From an uncultured Phycisphaerales bacterium (lineage in GTDB: Bacteria > Planctomycetota > Phycisphaerae > Tepidisphaerales > Tepidisphaeraceae), in assembly GCA_963755915.1 (NCBI GenBank), contig CAVWLP010000003.1, positions 896,001 through 960,000 of the forward strand: a stretch of DNA of 64,000 bases, written 5' to 3'. This document shows positions 53,053 to 64,000 of this stretch, piece by piece. The position numbers and the translations under genes are program-made. A model generated the notes under the pieces. The model had not been told where the DNA came from and made no database searches. It saw only the letters and a list, made by a program, of their open reading frames with translations. Every line of letters starts with the position of its first letter. Position 1 is the first letter of the stretch.

Positions 53053-53552
53053 TCGTTGTCTCCGACAACTCCCCCCTTCAGTACCTCGTCCTCATCCAGT
53101 GCATCGAATGTCTTCCCCCACTGTACGGAGAAGTGCTCACGACGCCGCACATCATCCAGGAGCTTCGCCACCCCAAAACCCCCGCCCCAATCCATGCCTG
53201 GCTGGATTCAAGTCCTCCCTGGCTCAGAATCGAATCAACCGCAGCCGTCGAGGCGTTCAATGACCTCGACGCCGGCGAAGCATCCGCGATTTCTCTGGCG
53301 CGGCAGCGAAGGGCCGATCTATTGCTCATTGACGAGCGCGCCGGCGCCCAGGCAGCTCGCGCAATGGGCATCAGCGTAATCGGAACGCTGGGCGTACTGA
53401 TCGAAGCCGGACTTGAAAACCTGATCGACTTCGAATCTTCCCTGAACCGCCTCACGCTTCAAACCCCCTTTTACGCCTCCAGGACCCTCATCGATGCCGC
53501 CCGCCACATCTATCGCCAAAAATCCGGACAATCGCCCGACGCCAGGAAATAG
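53049..53552 (+). CDS. DUF3368-type PIN domain protein
   Basis: MIVVSDNSPL, LDAGEASAI, LLIDER, VIGTLGVL. Confidence 0.88.
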   Translation: MIVVSDNSPLQYLVLIQCIECLPPLYGEVLTTPHIIQELRHPKTPAPIHAWLDSSPPWLRIESTAAVEAFNDLDAGEASAISLARQRRADLLLIDERAGAQAARAMGISVIGTLGVLIEAGLENLIDFESSLNRLTLQTPFYASRTLIDAARHIYRQKSGQSPDARK

Positions 53553-53750
53553 CAAACCTTTTCGTCCTTCGAATTTCGAATTTCGAATTTGTCCCGGCGC
53601 GCCGGGATTCGAGTTTCCCCGATTCGCATTTCCCCCAATAATTAACCTTTTTCTCCCCCTCCGTCCGATAAGTCCCTTACCCGCACGATGTCCGCGCGGG
53701 ACCGTGACAAATTCCCGAAAGGCCACGTGCCTTCGTTAAGGAGAACCCCC

Positions 53751-54152
53751 ATGCTGAAGTCTTCCCTCATGAAATGGGCCGTCGCCGCCGCCCTCGCCGT
53801 CCCGGCAATTCCCGCTTTTGCAACCGTCCGCCATCACCACAAGGTCGTGATGAGTTCCCGCGCGCACCATAACGTCTCGCTCCTGGCCGCTTCCAGCCGC
53901 CATCACGCGAAGACCACTACCACCCGTCACCACACCACCAAGCTCACCCACGGCAAAAAGACTCCAGTCAAGTTCAGCAGCGAATTCAGCAGCAAGCACA
54001 GCAGCAAGCTGACCGCGCATCACCGCGGGCACCTCAAGACCACCGCCCGCACCAGCCATGTGCGCCACACATCGCTCAGCGCCGGCACGCGTTCGCACTT
54101 CAAGGTACACGTCACCAAGATGCCCCCGACAATCGACGGCATCCCCGCTTAA
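53751..54152 (+). CDS. Secreted His/Lys/Ser/Thr-rich low-complexity protein
   Basis: AAGGAG RBS, signal peptide ending PAFA, basic His-rich body, own terminator. Confidence 0.7.
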   Translation: MLKSSLMKWAVAAALAVPAIPAFATVRHHHKVVMSSRAHHNVSLLAASSRHHAKTTTTRHHTTKLTHGKKTPVKFSSEFSSKHSSKLTAHHRGHLKTTARTSHVRHTSLSAGTRSHFKVHVTKMPPTIDGIPA

Positions 54153-54184
54153 GCAAGGAACCAACCGTTTTTGAAGTCCAGCGC

Positions 54185-54217
54185 CGGGCGGCACAGGATG
54201 TGCCGCCCGTTTTTTTT
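54185..54217 (+). terminator. Rho-independent terminator
   Basis: CGGGCGGCACA stem / TGTGCCGCCCG followed by T8. Confidence 0.85.
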
Positions 54218-54249
54218 GCCTTCTCAGCGAGCCCGCCGGCCTCCGCTGA

Positions 54250-54552
54250 TCAGCCGGGCAGCTTTTCCGCCAGAACGTCGATCTTCCTGATCTCCGGCGG
54301 CTTGGCAAAAAGATCCGGCGCTTTTTGCATCAGCGCGGCGGCGACTTTCCCCGTCAGATGCGCCTGCCTGCCGCTCTCATCCGCAAACGCGTCAAAAATC
54401 CCGAACAAATTCGGCGCCATCCGCACGGCAAACCACGCCACCGTCTTGGGTTCCTCCCGCACGAGGGCCGCTCCCTGCTTCAAAAACGCCTCAACGTCCG
54501 CCTCTTTGCCGGGCTTGGCCTCCAGTTGAACGAAAAGTGCAACGCGATTCAT
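54250..54552 (-). CDS. Antibiotic biosynthesis monooxygenase family protein
   Basis: LEAKPGKE..FL, FGIFDAFADESGRQAHLTGKVA. Confidence 0.88.
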   Translation of the reverse strand: MNRVALFVQLEAKPGKEADVEAFLKQGAALVREEPKTVAWFAVRMAPNLFGIFDAFADESGRQAHLTGKVAAALMQKAPDLFAKPPEIRKIDVLAEKLPG

Positions 54553-54638
54553 GATCGTTCCTTTCAATTACGTGCGCCTCCAACGATAGGCCGCGCGAAA
54601 CGACAATCTCAATCGGCGGCGCTGAATTTCTCACCCCT

Positions 54639-55904
54639 TTAATCCCGCGCAGTGCGGGCCTCCTCCAGATGCTCGGGCCGAAATCCCATCCGGACCATCC
54701 GTCCCATCAGCCGGCGCACCATTGGAAACTTTTCCGTAATATTCATAAGCATCGGCGGATCGATCGCCTCCGGCGATTCAAATATCCGCTTCAGCAGGTG
54801 CTCATGCATAAAAATCTGCATTCGCTGTGTCAGCCGCGCCGGCCGCTCCCGCCTTGCCTGTACTGCCTTCAAATCCCCCTCCTTCGCCGTCCGCGTGCGC
54901 AGTTTCTCCGTCAGCAGGTTGGCCGTCGCCACTGCGTCCTGGATCGCGAGGTTGATCCCCACCCCGCCCACCGGCGACATCGCATGGGCGCTGTCTCCGA
55001 TGCACAGAAGCCCCTCGCGATACCACTTCCGCAGATGGTCGACCTTCACGCTCAGCAGTTTGATATCCTCCCACGATTTCAGCTCCCCGGTCCGATCCGA
55101 CAGAAACCGCGCGCACCGCGCGATGTCCGATTGGAACGCCTCCAGCCCGCGCTTCTGGATTTCCTCAAAGGCATCCTTATGGATGATGTACGCGCACTGC
55201 CAGTAGTCGCCCCGGTTGATCAGCACCATGAACTGCTGCCGCTCGACATACCCGAACGCCGCCGCTGCATCCTCCGGCCGCCGCGGCAGGCGGAACCAGA
55301 GCACGTCAATCGGCGACCCCGAATCGATCACCTCAAGCCCCGCGCATTTCCGCACCGTCGACGACCTCCCATCCGCCCCCACCACTAAATCCGCCGTCAC
55401 CTCGAGCCTTGCCCCCGGCGTCTTCGCCGCCACCCCCACGATCTTCTCCCCCTCCCTGAGCAAATCCGTCACCTCCGCTTCCATTCGCAGCCGAAACCCT
55501 GGCAGTTTTTTTGCGTGCCCCGCTATAAAATTCAAAAAATCCCACTGCGGCATAAACGCAACGAACCGGCAATGCGTCGGCAGATGCGTCACGTCCGCGA
55601 TATGCACCACCCGGTCCCCGAACCTCGCCGTGAACTCCCGCATCTCCTGGTGCGGCTGCTTCAACAACTCCTCCAAAATCCCCAGCTCCCGCATCAGCTC
55701 CAGCGTCGAAGGATGAATCGTATCCCCGCGAAAATCGCGGAAAAAATCCTTGTGCTTCTCCAGCACCAGAACGTCCACGCCTTTCCGCGCCAGCAAAAAC
55801 CCCAGCATCACGCCGGCAGGGCCGCCGCCGGCAATGCAGCAGGTCGTTCGCTCCCGCTCAACCGGACCCGGTGAGGATTCGTGCGGCAAGGATTCGGTGG
55901 TCAT
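54639..55904 (-). CDS. FAD-dependent oxidoreductase (UbiH-like monooxygenase family)
   Basis: GGGPAG, DFRGDTIHP, GADGR, GDSAHAMSPVGGVGINLAIQD. Confidence 0.92.
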   Translation of the reverse strand: MTTESLPHESSPGPVERERTTCCIAGGGPAGVMLGFLLARKGVDVLVLEKHKDFFRDFRGDTIHPSTLELMRELGILEELLKQPHQEMREFTARFGDRVVHIADVTHLPTHCRFVAFMPQWDFLNFIAGHAKKLPGFRLRMEAEVTDLLREGEKIVGVAAKTPGARLEVTADLVVGADGRSSTVRKCAGLEVIDSGSPIDVLWFRLPRRPEDAAAAFGYVERQQFMVLINRGDYWQCAYIIHKDAFEEIQKRGLEAFQSDIARCARFLSDRTGELKSWEDIKLLSVKVDHLRKWYREGLLCIGDSAHAMSPVGGVGINLAIQDAVATANLLTEKLRTRTAKEGDLKAVQARRERPARLTQRMQIFMHEHLLKRIFESPEAIDPPMLMNITEKFPMVRRLMGRMVRMGFRPEHLEEARTARD

Positions 55905-55967
55905 CCGTTTACCTTAATTCAACCCTCTAAAATTCGCAGCGTTGAAACCCGAAAGGTTTCTTGCCGC

Positions 55968-56465
55968 TCAATCAAAACCCGCGCCCAATTCATGCAGCCG
56001 CTGAACAATCTTCTCCGCGGTGCGCCGAGCGGGCTCATTCGAGTTATCCAGAATCGTCCCAAACGACGGACAGTGAATCCCCTGCGCATAATGAAATCGA
56101 ATCCTCGACCGCTCCCACTCCGTCAGCTCGCGAGTTCCGCGATTTGAAAGGGCAATTTCCAGCTTCGGAGCCAGCGTAAAGCTGTGCACCACCGCCCCCA
56201 CGGCCGAAAGCCTGCCGACGAATTCCGCGTGGTCCTGCTCCGAAATCGGCCAAACCACGATCGGACAAAACCCGCGCCGATGCCACTGGGCCGACAGCAT
56301 CGCCGCATCGCTCAGCAGCGGTTTGACCGATTCCTCCAGCGACATCCCGGATGGCGCGGGCAGATCATCGATCTCAATCAGCACAGAGCGCGGCATCATC
56401 TCCATCAGCAGTTTCCCGACCGTCGATTTTCCCGCGTTGATCGAGCCGTTGAGATAGATAACCAC
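55968..56465 (-). CDS. P-loop kinase-like protein
   Basis: IYLNGSINAGKST Walker A; shikimate/gluconate kinase-like size. Confidence 0.75.
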   Translation of the reverse strand: MVIYLNGSINAGKSTVGKLLMEMMPRSVLIEIDDLPAPSGMSLEESVKPLLSDAAMLSAQWHRRGFCPIVVWPISEQDHAEFVGRLSAVGAVVHSFTLAPKLEIALSNRGTRELTEWERSRIRFHYAQGIHCPSFGTILDNSNEPARRTAEKIVQRLHELGAGFD

Positions 56466-56530
56466 GGTTGAAGCTTAAGCCCCGCCGCGTCTAACTGAAA
56501 GCGAACCTCCCCCAAGCTATAATCCCCTCC

Positions 56531-56953
56531 ATGCGCCCCTTTGAAACCCAGGAATCCCAAGTCGAAAACACCATCCCCGTTCTTCCAGTTTCGGACGTCC
56601 CCACCTCCATCCGATTCTACTGCGAAATCCTCGGCTTCAAATTGGATTGGGGCGGCAAAAACGAAACCGCCCACATCGCCTCCGTCTCCCGCAACGGCCA
56701 GCACATCATGCTCCAGCGCGGCGAAAGCCCCGGCACCGGCTGCGTCTGGATCGGCGGCTCTATCCTCGTCTGGATCTGGGACAAAATCCGCACCAGCGGC
56801 CAAATCAAGATCTTAAAGCGTCCAACAAACGAGTACTGGGCCCTGGACATGAAAATCGCCGACCCCGACGGCAACGTCCTCTGGTTCGGAACCGAAAGCC
56901 TGAAAGATGTCCCCTTCGGCACCGAGCCTGCTGACAAACAGCTCCCGCGATAA
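56531..56953 (+). CDS. VOC/glyoxalase family protein
   Basis: IPVLPVSD..FYCEILGF, DPDGNVLWFG. Confidence 0.88.
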   Translation: MRPFETQESQVENTIPVLPVSDVPTSIRFYCEILGFKLDWGGKNETAHIASVSRNGQHIMLQRGESPGTGCVWIGGSILVWIWDKIRTSGQIKILKRPTNEYWALDMKIADPDGNVLWFGTESLKDVPFGTEPADKQLPR

Positions 56954-56982
56954 CGCTGACCTGGCTGCGTCCTCCGAGATTT

Positions 56983-57057
56983 AACCACGGATTACACGGA
57001 TTTCACGGATAAAAAAGGAAACTTCTTATCCGTGCCCATCCGCGAAATCCGCGGTTC
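56983..57057. repeat. CACGGAT-based palindromic repeat between convergent genes
   Basis: AACCACGGATTACACGGATTTCACGGATAA ... TTATCCGTGCCCATCCGCGAAATCCGCGGTT. Confidence 0.75.
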
Positions 57058-57063
57058 AATTCT

Positions 57064-58206
57064 TCATTCCTGCGGCCCAGGCAACTCCCCAATGAACTCC
57101 GCCAACTGCAACCCCGTCGGGCTCTCCGCCGTCCGCACATAATATCCACTGGTCGCCACCCCGCTGCACAAGCTCTCCTCAAGCCCCAGCCCGATGATTC
57201 TCCCCAGACAAAACCCCGCATTAAAATGATCCCCCGCGCCAGTCGAAATCTTCGGCTGCTGCACAAACGGCCCCGCAAAACTCGCCGACTCTTTTTCCGT
57301 CGCCGCCGCCGCTCCCTTGCGCGGATGAATCACCACGCACGAAAGCTTCAGCTTCGCGCGTATCCCCGCCGCCGTCTGCTCGATCGCGCTCTCCGGGTCC
57401 TTCGGCACCGCAATCCCCAGCACCTCCGCGATCCCCGTCGATTCCTTCAGATTCAATCCCAGGATCACGTTGCACACCGGCTGAAACCCCGACAAAATCT
57501 CCAGCGCCGCCGCGATATCCCCCCGCGTCCGCTTCTCCGGATCGGCCAGGTCGATAAACAGCGTCCGCTGCCCCTTGGCACACTTCGGCAGAATCTCGCT
57601 CCGCAATTTCCCCAATATCTCCGACATGAACGGCAGCATCGTCCAGTTCACCATCCCGATCAGCGTCGACTCGCTCACCAGCGTAACCAACTGCTCTTTC
57701 CCCACGCGCTCTACGAGATTCTCCCAGTTCACATCCCCCAGGCTCTGGTGCTTGCCGAGCATCAGCTTCCCATCTTCAAACTCCAGCGCATCCGTATGCC
57801 CCGGCTCGGCGATGCTGATCGCCTTGGAATTCTTCGCCAGCTCCGTGAACACCGGATGCAGCGCGGGATAGCCCAAACTGCCGATGTAAGTGACGCCCAG
57901 CCCCGCCGCCCCCAGCGCATTGGCCATGATCGGCCCATTGCCGCCCAATTTTGTCTGCTTGACGTAAAGCTCGTAATTGCTCGATTGCCCCGCCGCGCGC
58001 AGGATCTTTTCCCCAAAGACGCTGATCGTCTTCATCGGCTCATAGCGGCTGCGGTCGATCCGCTTATCCACCACGGCGATGATCTCATCGACAAACCCAT
58101 CCAGCCCGATTAGCGCCAACTGCCTGGGCAGCCCCGGCAGCGCAGCCGTTAGCTTCCGCGATGCCGACTCACAAACGCTAGCGCGACTCGCTCCCATGCG
58201 GTTCAA
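57064..58206 (-). CDS. PfkB family carbohydrate kinase
   Basis: GLDGFVDEI, KLGGNGPIMANAL, STGAGDHFNAGF. Confidence 0.85.
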   Translation of the reverse strand: MNRMGASRASVCESASRKLTAALPGLPRQLALIGLDGFVDEIIAVVDKRIDRSRYEPMKTISVFGEKILRAAGQSSNYELYVKQTKLGGNGPIMANALGAAGLGVTYIGSLGYPALHPVFTELAKNSKAISIAEPGHTDALEFEDGKLMLGKHQSLGDVNWENLVERVGKEQLVTLVSESTLIGMVNWTMLPFMSEILGKLRSEILPKCAKGQRTLFIDLADPEKRTRGDIAAALEILSGFQPVCNVILGLNLKESTGIAEVLGIAVPKDPESAIEQTAAGIRAKLKLSCVVIHPRKGAAAATEKESASFAGPFVQQPKISTGAGDHFNAGFCLGRIIGLGLEESLCSGVATSGYYVRTAESPTGLQLAEFIGELPGPQE

Positions 58207-58682
58207 TGTGGAATTGGCTCAGGCCCCGCGGGTAGCGGCGGCATGCACGTATACGACGGCGGCGGCGAAAGAGACTTGTACACCTGAAGCTGCCAGGGAA
58301 TTTCCAGAAATACTCCCGGCGCGATGTAAAGCAAATTCCCCAGGAACAAAAACGGCTCGGTGAGCATATTCAAATCATACGGCAGCACTGCCGGCTGAAG
58401 CGGCGTGTAGTCCGGCCACGACCAGACCGCGTCATTCACGTAATATGCCGGCGTCGGGTCCCACGCCCGCATCGCCATCGCCCCGTCCGTCTGAATCGGC
58501 GCGTCGTTAAACTGCTCCGTCGGTGGAATCTTCTCTTGAAGATGCACCACCGGCCGGACAGCCGCTGTCACGTTGCTGGTGACGGTGCTCATCGAGCTGT
58601 TGAATGAGCTGCTCGAGCTGCACCCACCAGCCAGCGCCGCCGCAAACGCAAAAATCGCCAATCGCTCAGGGATTAAGGACAT
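58203..58682 (-). CDS. Hypothetical lipoprotein
   Basis: LAGGC lipobox; operonic overlap with both neighbours. Confidence 0.65.
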   Translation of the reverse strand: MSLIPERLAIFAFAAALAGGCSSSSSFNSSMSTVTSNVTAAVRPVVHLQEKIPPTEQFNDAPIQTDGAMAMRAWDPTPAYYVNDAVWSWPDYTPLQPAVLPYDLNMLTEPFLFLGNLLYIAPGVFLEIPWQLQVYKSLSPPPSYTCMPPLPAGPEPIPH

Positions 58683-58908
58683 GATCCATATCCTTCTTGA
58701 AAGCATCGCTGTCGAAATTCGTCAGGCTTCCACCGGAAATATCCTGGTCGTTTTGATTCGGCATATATCCCATCGGGTCCGAAAGCGCCCGCGTGGTGGG
58801 ATCGCCCGAATCCGTCGAGGCGCTGTCCGTACATCCGACGGCCAGCCACCCCAAAGCCGCCACACATCCGATCGTCAGGCACAACGTCAATCGGCTCCGG
58901 TTCCACAT
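58666..58908 (-). CDS. Small hypothetical lipoprotein
   Basis: AVGC lipobox, GAGG RBS, C-terminal DISGG..FKKDMDHVLNP. Confidence 0.65.
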   Translation of the reverse strand: MWNRSRLTLCLTIGCVAALGWLAVGCTDSASTDSGDPTTRALSDPMGYMPNQNDQDISGGSLTNFDSDAFKKDMDHVLNP

Positions 58909-58943
58909 AGGACACCTCGTACAACTATATCGGCATAACTATT

Positions 58944-60488
<1,545 letters not shown>

Positions 60489-60520
60489 TTACGTTCGGAA
60501 GGGGGAAGTGTCAAGGGAGA

Positions 60521-60586
60521 CGAGTTGCGAGTTACGAGTTGCGAGTTGCGACTAAAAACGGGGTTTTCACTCGCAACTCGCAACTT
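60521..60586. repeat. (GAGTTGC)n heptamer palindrome
   Basis: Four forward and two to three inverted units between the divergent guaB and moeB. Confidence 0.8.
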
Positions 60587-60628
60587 CCACCCCTTGATTC
60601 CCCGCCCCCGGCTAACTAGGGTTTCACT

Positions 60629-61919
60629 ATGCCAGTTACGCAATTAAATAACGAGCAGGTGAACCGTTACAAGCGCCACCTGATTCTTCCCGAAATCGGC
60701 ATGGAGGGGCAGCTTAAGCTCCTGAATTCAAAGGTGCTATGCATCGGAGCGGGAGGGTTGGGATGCCCCATCAGCCTCTACCTGGCCGCCGCCGGCGTCG
60801 GCACCATCGGCCTGGCCGATATCGATGTCGTCAGCCCAAGCAATCTCCAGCGGCAGATTCTCTTTGGCGTCTCCAACATCGGCGAAGACAAGGTGAAGGC
60901 AGCCGCCAAGCGGCTCAAGGACCTGAACCCCGACGCGAAAATCATCGAACACAAAACCATCGTCGACAGCTCCAATGTTTTGGAGCTGGTGAAAGATTAC
61001 GACGTCATCATCGACGGCACCGACAATTTCCCCACCCGCTACTGCGTGAACGACGCCTGCGTAATCCTCAAGAAGCCCAACGTCTACGGCTCGATCTTCC
61101 GCTTCGAAGGAATGATCACCGTCTTCGCGCCCCATCTGCCCAACCCGGATCGACCCGGCGAGCATGGCCCGTGCTACCGCTGCATGTATCCTGAGCCGCC
61201 TGACCCCGGCTCCGTGCCAAGCTGCGCCGAGGGCGGCGTCGTGGGCGTTCTGCCGGGCATCATCGGAACCCTCCAGGCCAATGAGGTCATCAAGCTGATT
61301 CTCGGCGTCGGACGGCCGGCCATCGGCCGCCTCACCACCTTCAGCTCCATGGACCTGGAATTTAAAACCTTCAAGCTGCGGCGCGACCCCAACCTGTCCC
61401 GTTTGCGGCGACCACCCCACGATCACCAAGCCGATCGACTACGAGCAATTCTGCGGCGTCCCCGCGCTCGACCCCAAAAGCCTCGCCGAAACCGAGGCGG
61501 AAGTTCATCACGCCAAGTCCGGCGGCAACGGCCAGCCAAAGCCCGATCCATCCCTCGACCCCCGCGGCCTGCCCCCAAACTATCCCTTCAAACCCGATTG
61601 GGAAATCACCCCGCGCGAAGTGAAATCCCTGCTCGACACCAGCAAGGATTTCATCTTCATCGATTGCCGCCTCCCCAGCGAGCAGGCCATCACCGCGATT
61701 CCGCAGGCCAAGCTGATCCCCCTTCAGCAGCTTGCCCAGCGCATCGGCGAGCTGAAAGGCCACGAGCAGGAAAAAATCGTAGTCCACTGCAAAAGCGGCG
61801 GGCGCTCGATGCAGTTCACGCAGATCCTCCGCCAGCAGGGCTTCAAAGACGTAAAAAGCATGGCCGGCGGAATTCTCCTCTGGAATAAAGATGTGAACGC
61901 AGGCGGCCCGCAGTATTAA
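60629..61919 (+). CDS. moeB: Molybdopterin-synthase adenylyltransferase MoeB with rhodanese domain (frameshift near 61395)
   Basis: RYKRHLILPEIG, GAGGLG, SNLQRQ, DGTDNF, CYRC, CPVC, then rhodanese HCKSGGRS. Confidence 0.93.
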
Positions 61920-61965
61920 GCGTTCGCCGCTTATCCCAGCGCGATTGCATCTGCCCTCTCATTTC

Positions 61966-62153
61966 CTCTTACCCCCTCTTACCCCCTCTTACCCCCTCTT
62001 ACCCCCTCTTACCCCCTCGCCCGGTACTCCGGGAGAGGGTTGGGGTGAGGGCCTCCTCTACTGCTCTACTCTCTACTGCTCCACTCACTCGCGCAGCGCG
62101 GGGGTCTTCTCTACTGCTCTACTTTCCACTGCTCTACTCTCTCGCGCAGCGCC
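61966..62153. repeat. Repeat cluster: (CTCTTACCCC)x~5, REP palindrome, CTCTACTG units
   Basis: Directly visible tandem 10-mers at 61966-62015, REP at 62012-62052, CTCTACT(G) arrays to ~62150. Confidence 0.85.
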
Positions 62154-62718
62154 CCCTATCCACTTTTTGCGAACTTCAACAATTTCACCCCAAAAATCGC
62201 CACTTTTTCCAAAAATAGGTACAAAACGTACACCCTTTGGACCTGTATATAGATGCACCGAATTTTTTCAGGACATGTCGGTAATGGGCTAGGGCCAGTC
62301 TCCTCGTTGATCGCCAACGGACCCGCCGTGGAGGATCGAGAATTCGCGACGGCCCTGGGAGAAGAAAAAACCGCGCAAAATCCCGGACAAATTCGGACAT
62401 TTTCGGACATTTACCCCAACACCCAAACCTCCGCTCCCTCCACACCCCTCGTCCGCCCTGAAACGATTCTCAAAAAGTGAGATAAAGTGTGATATTGTGG
62501 GATATGCGCCGCAGGATGTGAGGGTCACACGCGTCCTCTTTGCCGCGCAAGCATCACAAATGGTCAGTCTGATCCCAAAAAGCCCACGGACTTCGGTGAG
62601 CCCAGTCGAACCCCGCCGCCGTGGGGAATTGAAAACTCGCTACCGCGCCTCATATTCACCCACTCCCAAAATGACTCTCTTCTAAACCGTATCTAAAAAT
62701 GGTACGATTGTATTAGAA

Positions 62719-63414
62719 ATGGATACTAACCACCCCCACACCCTCGGTACTTTCCTTCTCGGCAAAACCCGGGGGGCGGTACTTGCGCTCCTGCTCACCC
62801 ACCCCGATGAGCAGTTCTATGTCCGCCAGATCGCCCGCCTCTCCGGCGCGACCCTCGGCCCCGTCCAGAAGGAGCTGAAACTGCTCGAACGATACGGGGT
62901 CCTGAAATCCAATCGGATCGGCCATCAACTCATGTACGGCGTAAATCCCGCCTCGCCGGTGCATGACGAACTGCGCTCCCTCGTCATCAAAACGGTCGGC
63001 TTGGTGGACATTTTAAAGGCGTCCCTGGCCCCGCTCAAACAGCGCATCAAGCTCGCGTTTGTATTCGGCTCATTCGCCAGGGGCGAAGAAAATTTGAACA
63101 GCGATCTCGATCTCATGATAATCGGCGAAGTTTCGGTGGCTCAAATTGCCGGCGTCCTGGCGGATGCGCAGCGCCGCCTGAATCGGGAACTGAACCCGAC
63201 CATCTACCGGCCCGCCGAGTTCAAGGCGAAACTGCGCGAGGGACATCATTTCCTCAGCGCCGTAATGAGCGAGCCAAAGCTATTCGTCATCGGAGACGAG
63301 CATGAGCTTTCAGCAATGGCAGGCCAACGGCTGGATCCGGCCTCACGCGACGAGTCGCAAGGAAATCGGCTCGCTGCTGGCCGTCGTCGAGCGGGACCTC
63401 GCCACCAGCGCTGA
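62719..63414 (+). CDS. Winged-HTH + minimal nucleotidyltransferase (MNT) protein
   Basis: QFYVRQIARLSG..VQKEL HTH and FVFGSFARG..SDLDL NTase motif. Confidence 0.88.
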   Translation: MDTNHPHTLGTFLLGKTRGAVLALLLTHPDEQFYVRQIARLSGATLGPVQKELKLLERYGVLKSNRIGHQLMYGVNPASPVHDELRSLVIKTVGLVDILKASLAPLKQRIKLAFVFGSFARGEENLNSDLDLMIIGEVSVAQIAGVLADAQRRLNRELNPTIYRPAEFKAKLREGHHFLSAVMSEPKLFVIGDEHELSAMAGQRLDPASRDESQGNRLAAGRRRAGPRHQR

Positions 63415-63788
63415 TCCCAACCTGGACGGCGATTGGCGATTTACCATCGCGTACAACGCCGCGCTCCAATGCGCGTCACTTGCCCTCAAGGCGGCGGGAT
63501 TTGAGGTTGCCAAGGGCGGCGGCGCCCGACCTGCGCACCATTGAATCCCTGCGTCTTACCATCGGTGACGATGGGAAGATTGCCGATCCATTACAGGTAT
63601 TTCGCGCCAAACGTGGCGGTGTGGTTTACGAGGCCACTGGCATCGCCAGCGATTCTGAAATCACTGAGCTTCGCGCCTTGGCCATAAACCTGCGAAATCG
63701 AGTCCTGGCGTGGCTGAGAACTTCGCATTCAGAGCTTTTGGAGCCGCCGCGAAAGGGGCCGGAGAGGGGAACCAGCCGTGACAAATAA
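63302..63788 (+). CDS. HEPN-like partner of the MNT (frameshift near 63525)
   Basis: DWRFTIAYNAALQ..AL.AAG joined to RTIESL..FRAKRGGVVYE; follows the MNT gene. Confidence 0.7.
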
Positions 63789-64000
63789 TCCCCGCCGTCG
63801 CGAGCCTTCCCAGCAACGCTATTCACTTCGATTCTTCTAAAATCAACTTAATCCGTTCCACCCACGCGCGAATCTGCTCCTGTGGACATTTCCCCCGAAA
63901 TCATCACAATGTCCCCCCTTCACCTAAACAGGAGAAACTATGGCCGAGGAATCATCAATGGAATCATCACCCTCATCCCCCAACGTCCAGGTTCTTCTGG

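Noticed and set aside
61966-62153. CRISPR array
   Set aside because: Short tandem 7-10-mers with no unique spacers, and no cas genes in the window
62280-62420. Gene remnant / CGGACA direct repeats
   Set aside because: Three short CGGACA(A/T) repeats and a broken ORF-like stretch; too little to assign a function

Overview
High-GC bacterial chromosome segment, most likely a planctomycete (Phycisphaerae/Tepidisphaerales-like). This is inferred from a LEPR-XLL-type N-terminal motif, a PEP-CTERM protein, extended sigma factors and the repeat families. It carries housekeeping genes (hslV, tsaE, mqnC, polX, dps, pilB-pilT-pilB, guaB, moeB, tRNA-Gly), several oxidoreductases and hydrolases, four toxin-antitoxin pairs, and a lower-GC islet with a TIR/nucleoside-deoxyribosyltransferase-like gene. 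About 15 genes are split by single-base frameshifts, probably long-read assembly errors. The most interesting signals are non-coding. (1) An IS1111-type IS110 element whose ends, core, circle-junction promoter and putative bridge/seek-RNA guide loops can be read from the sequence; it sits in a dispersed repeat that has an empty copy at ~30.8 kb. (2) An unannotated, strongly structured 310-550 nt RNA-like region at 29.5-30.1 kb. (3) Nested mobile repeats: IS481 inside a ~30-bp hairpin inside a palindromic repeat, two TAGAGCG-ended MITEs, and a palindromic repeat translated in frame inside MqnC. All calls are by eye from motifs; no searches were run.
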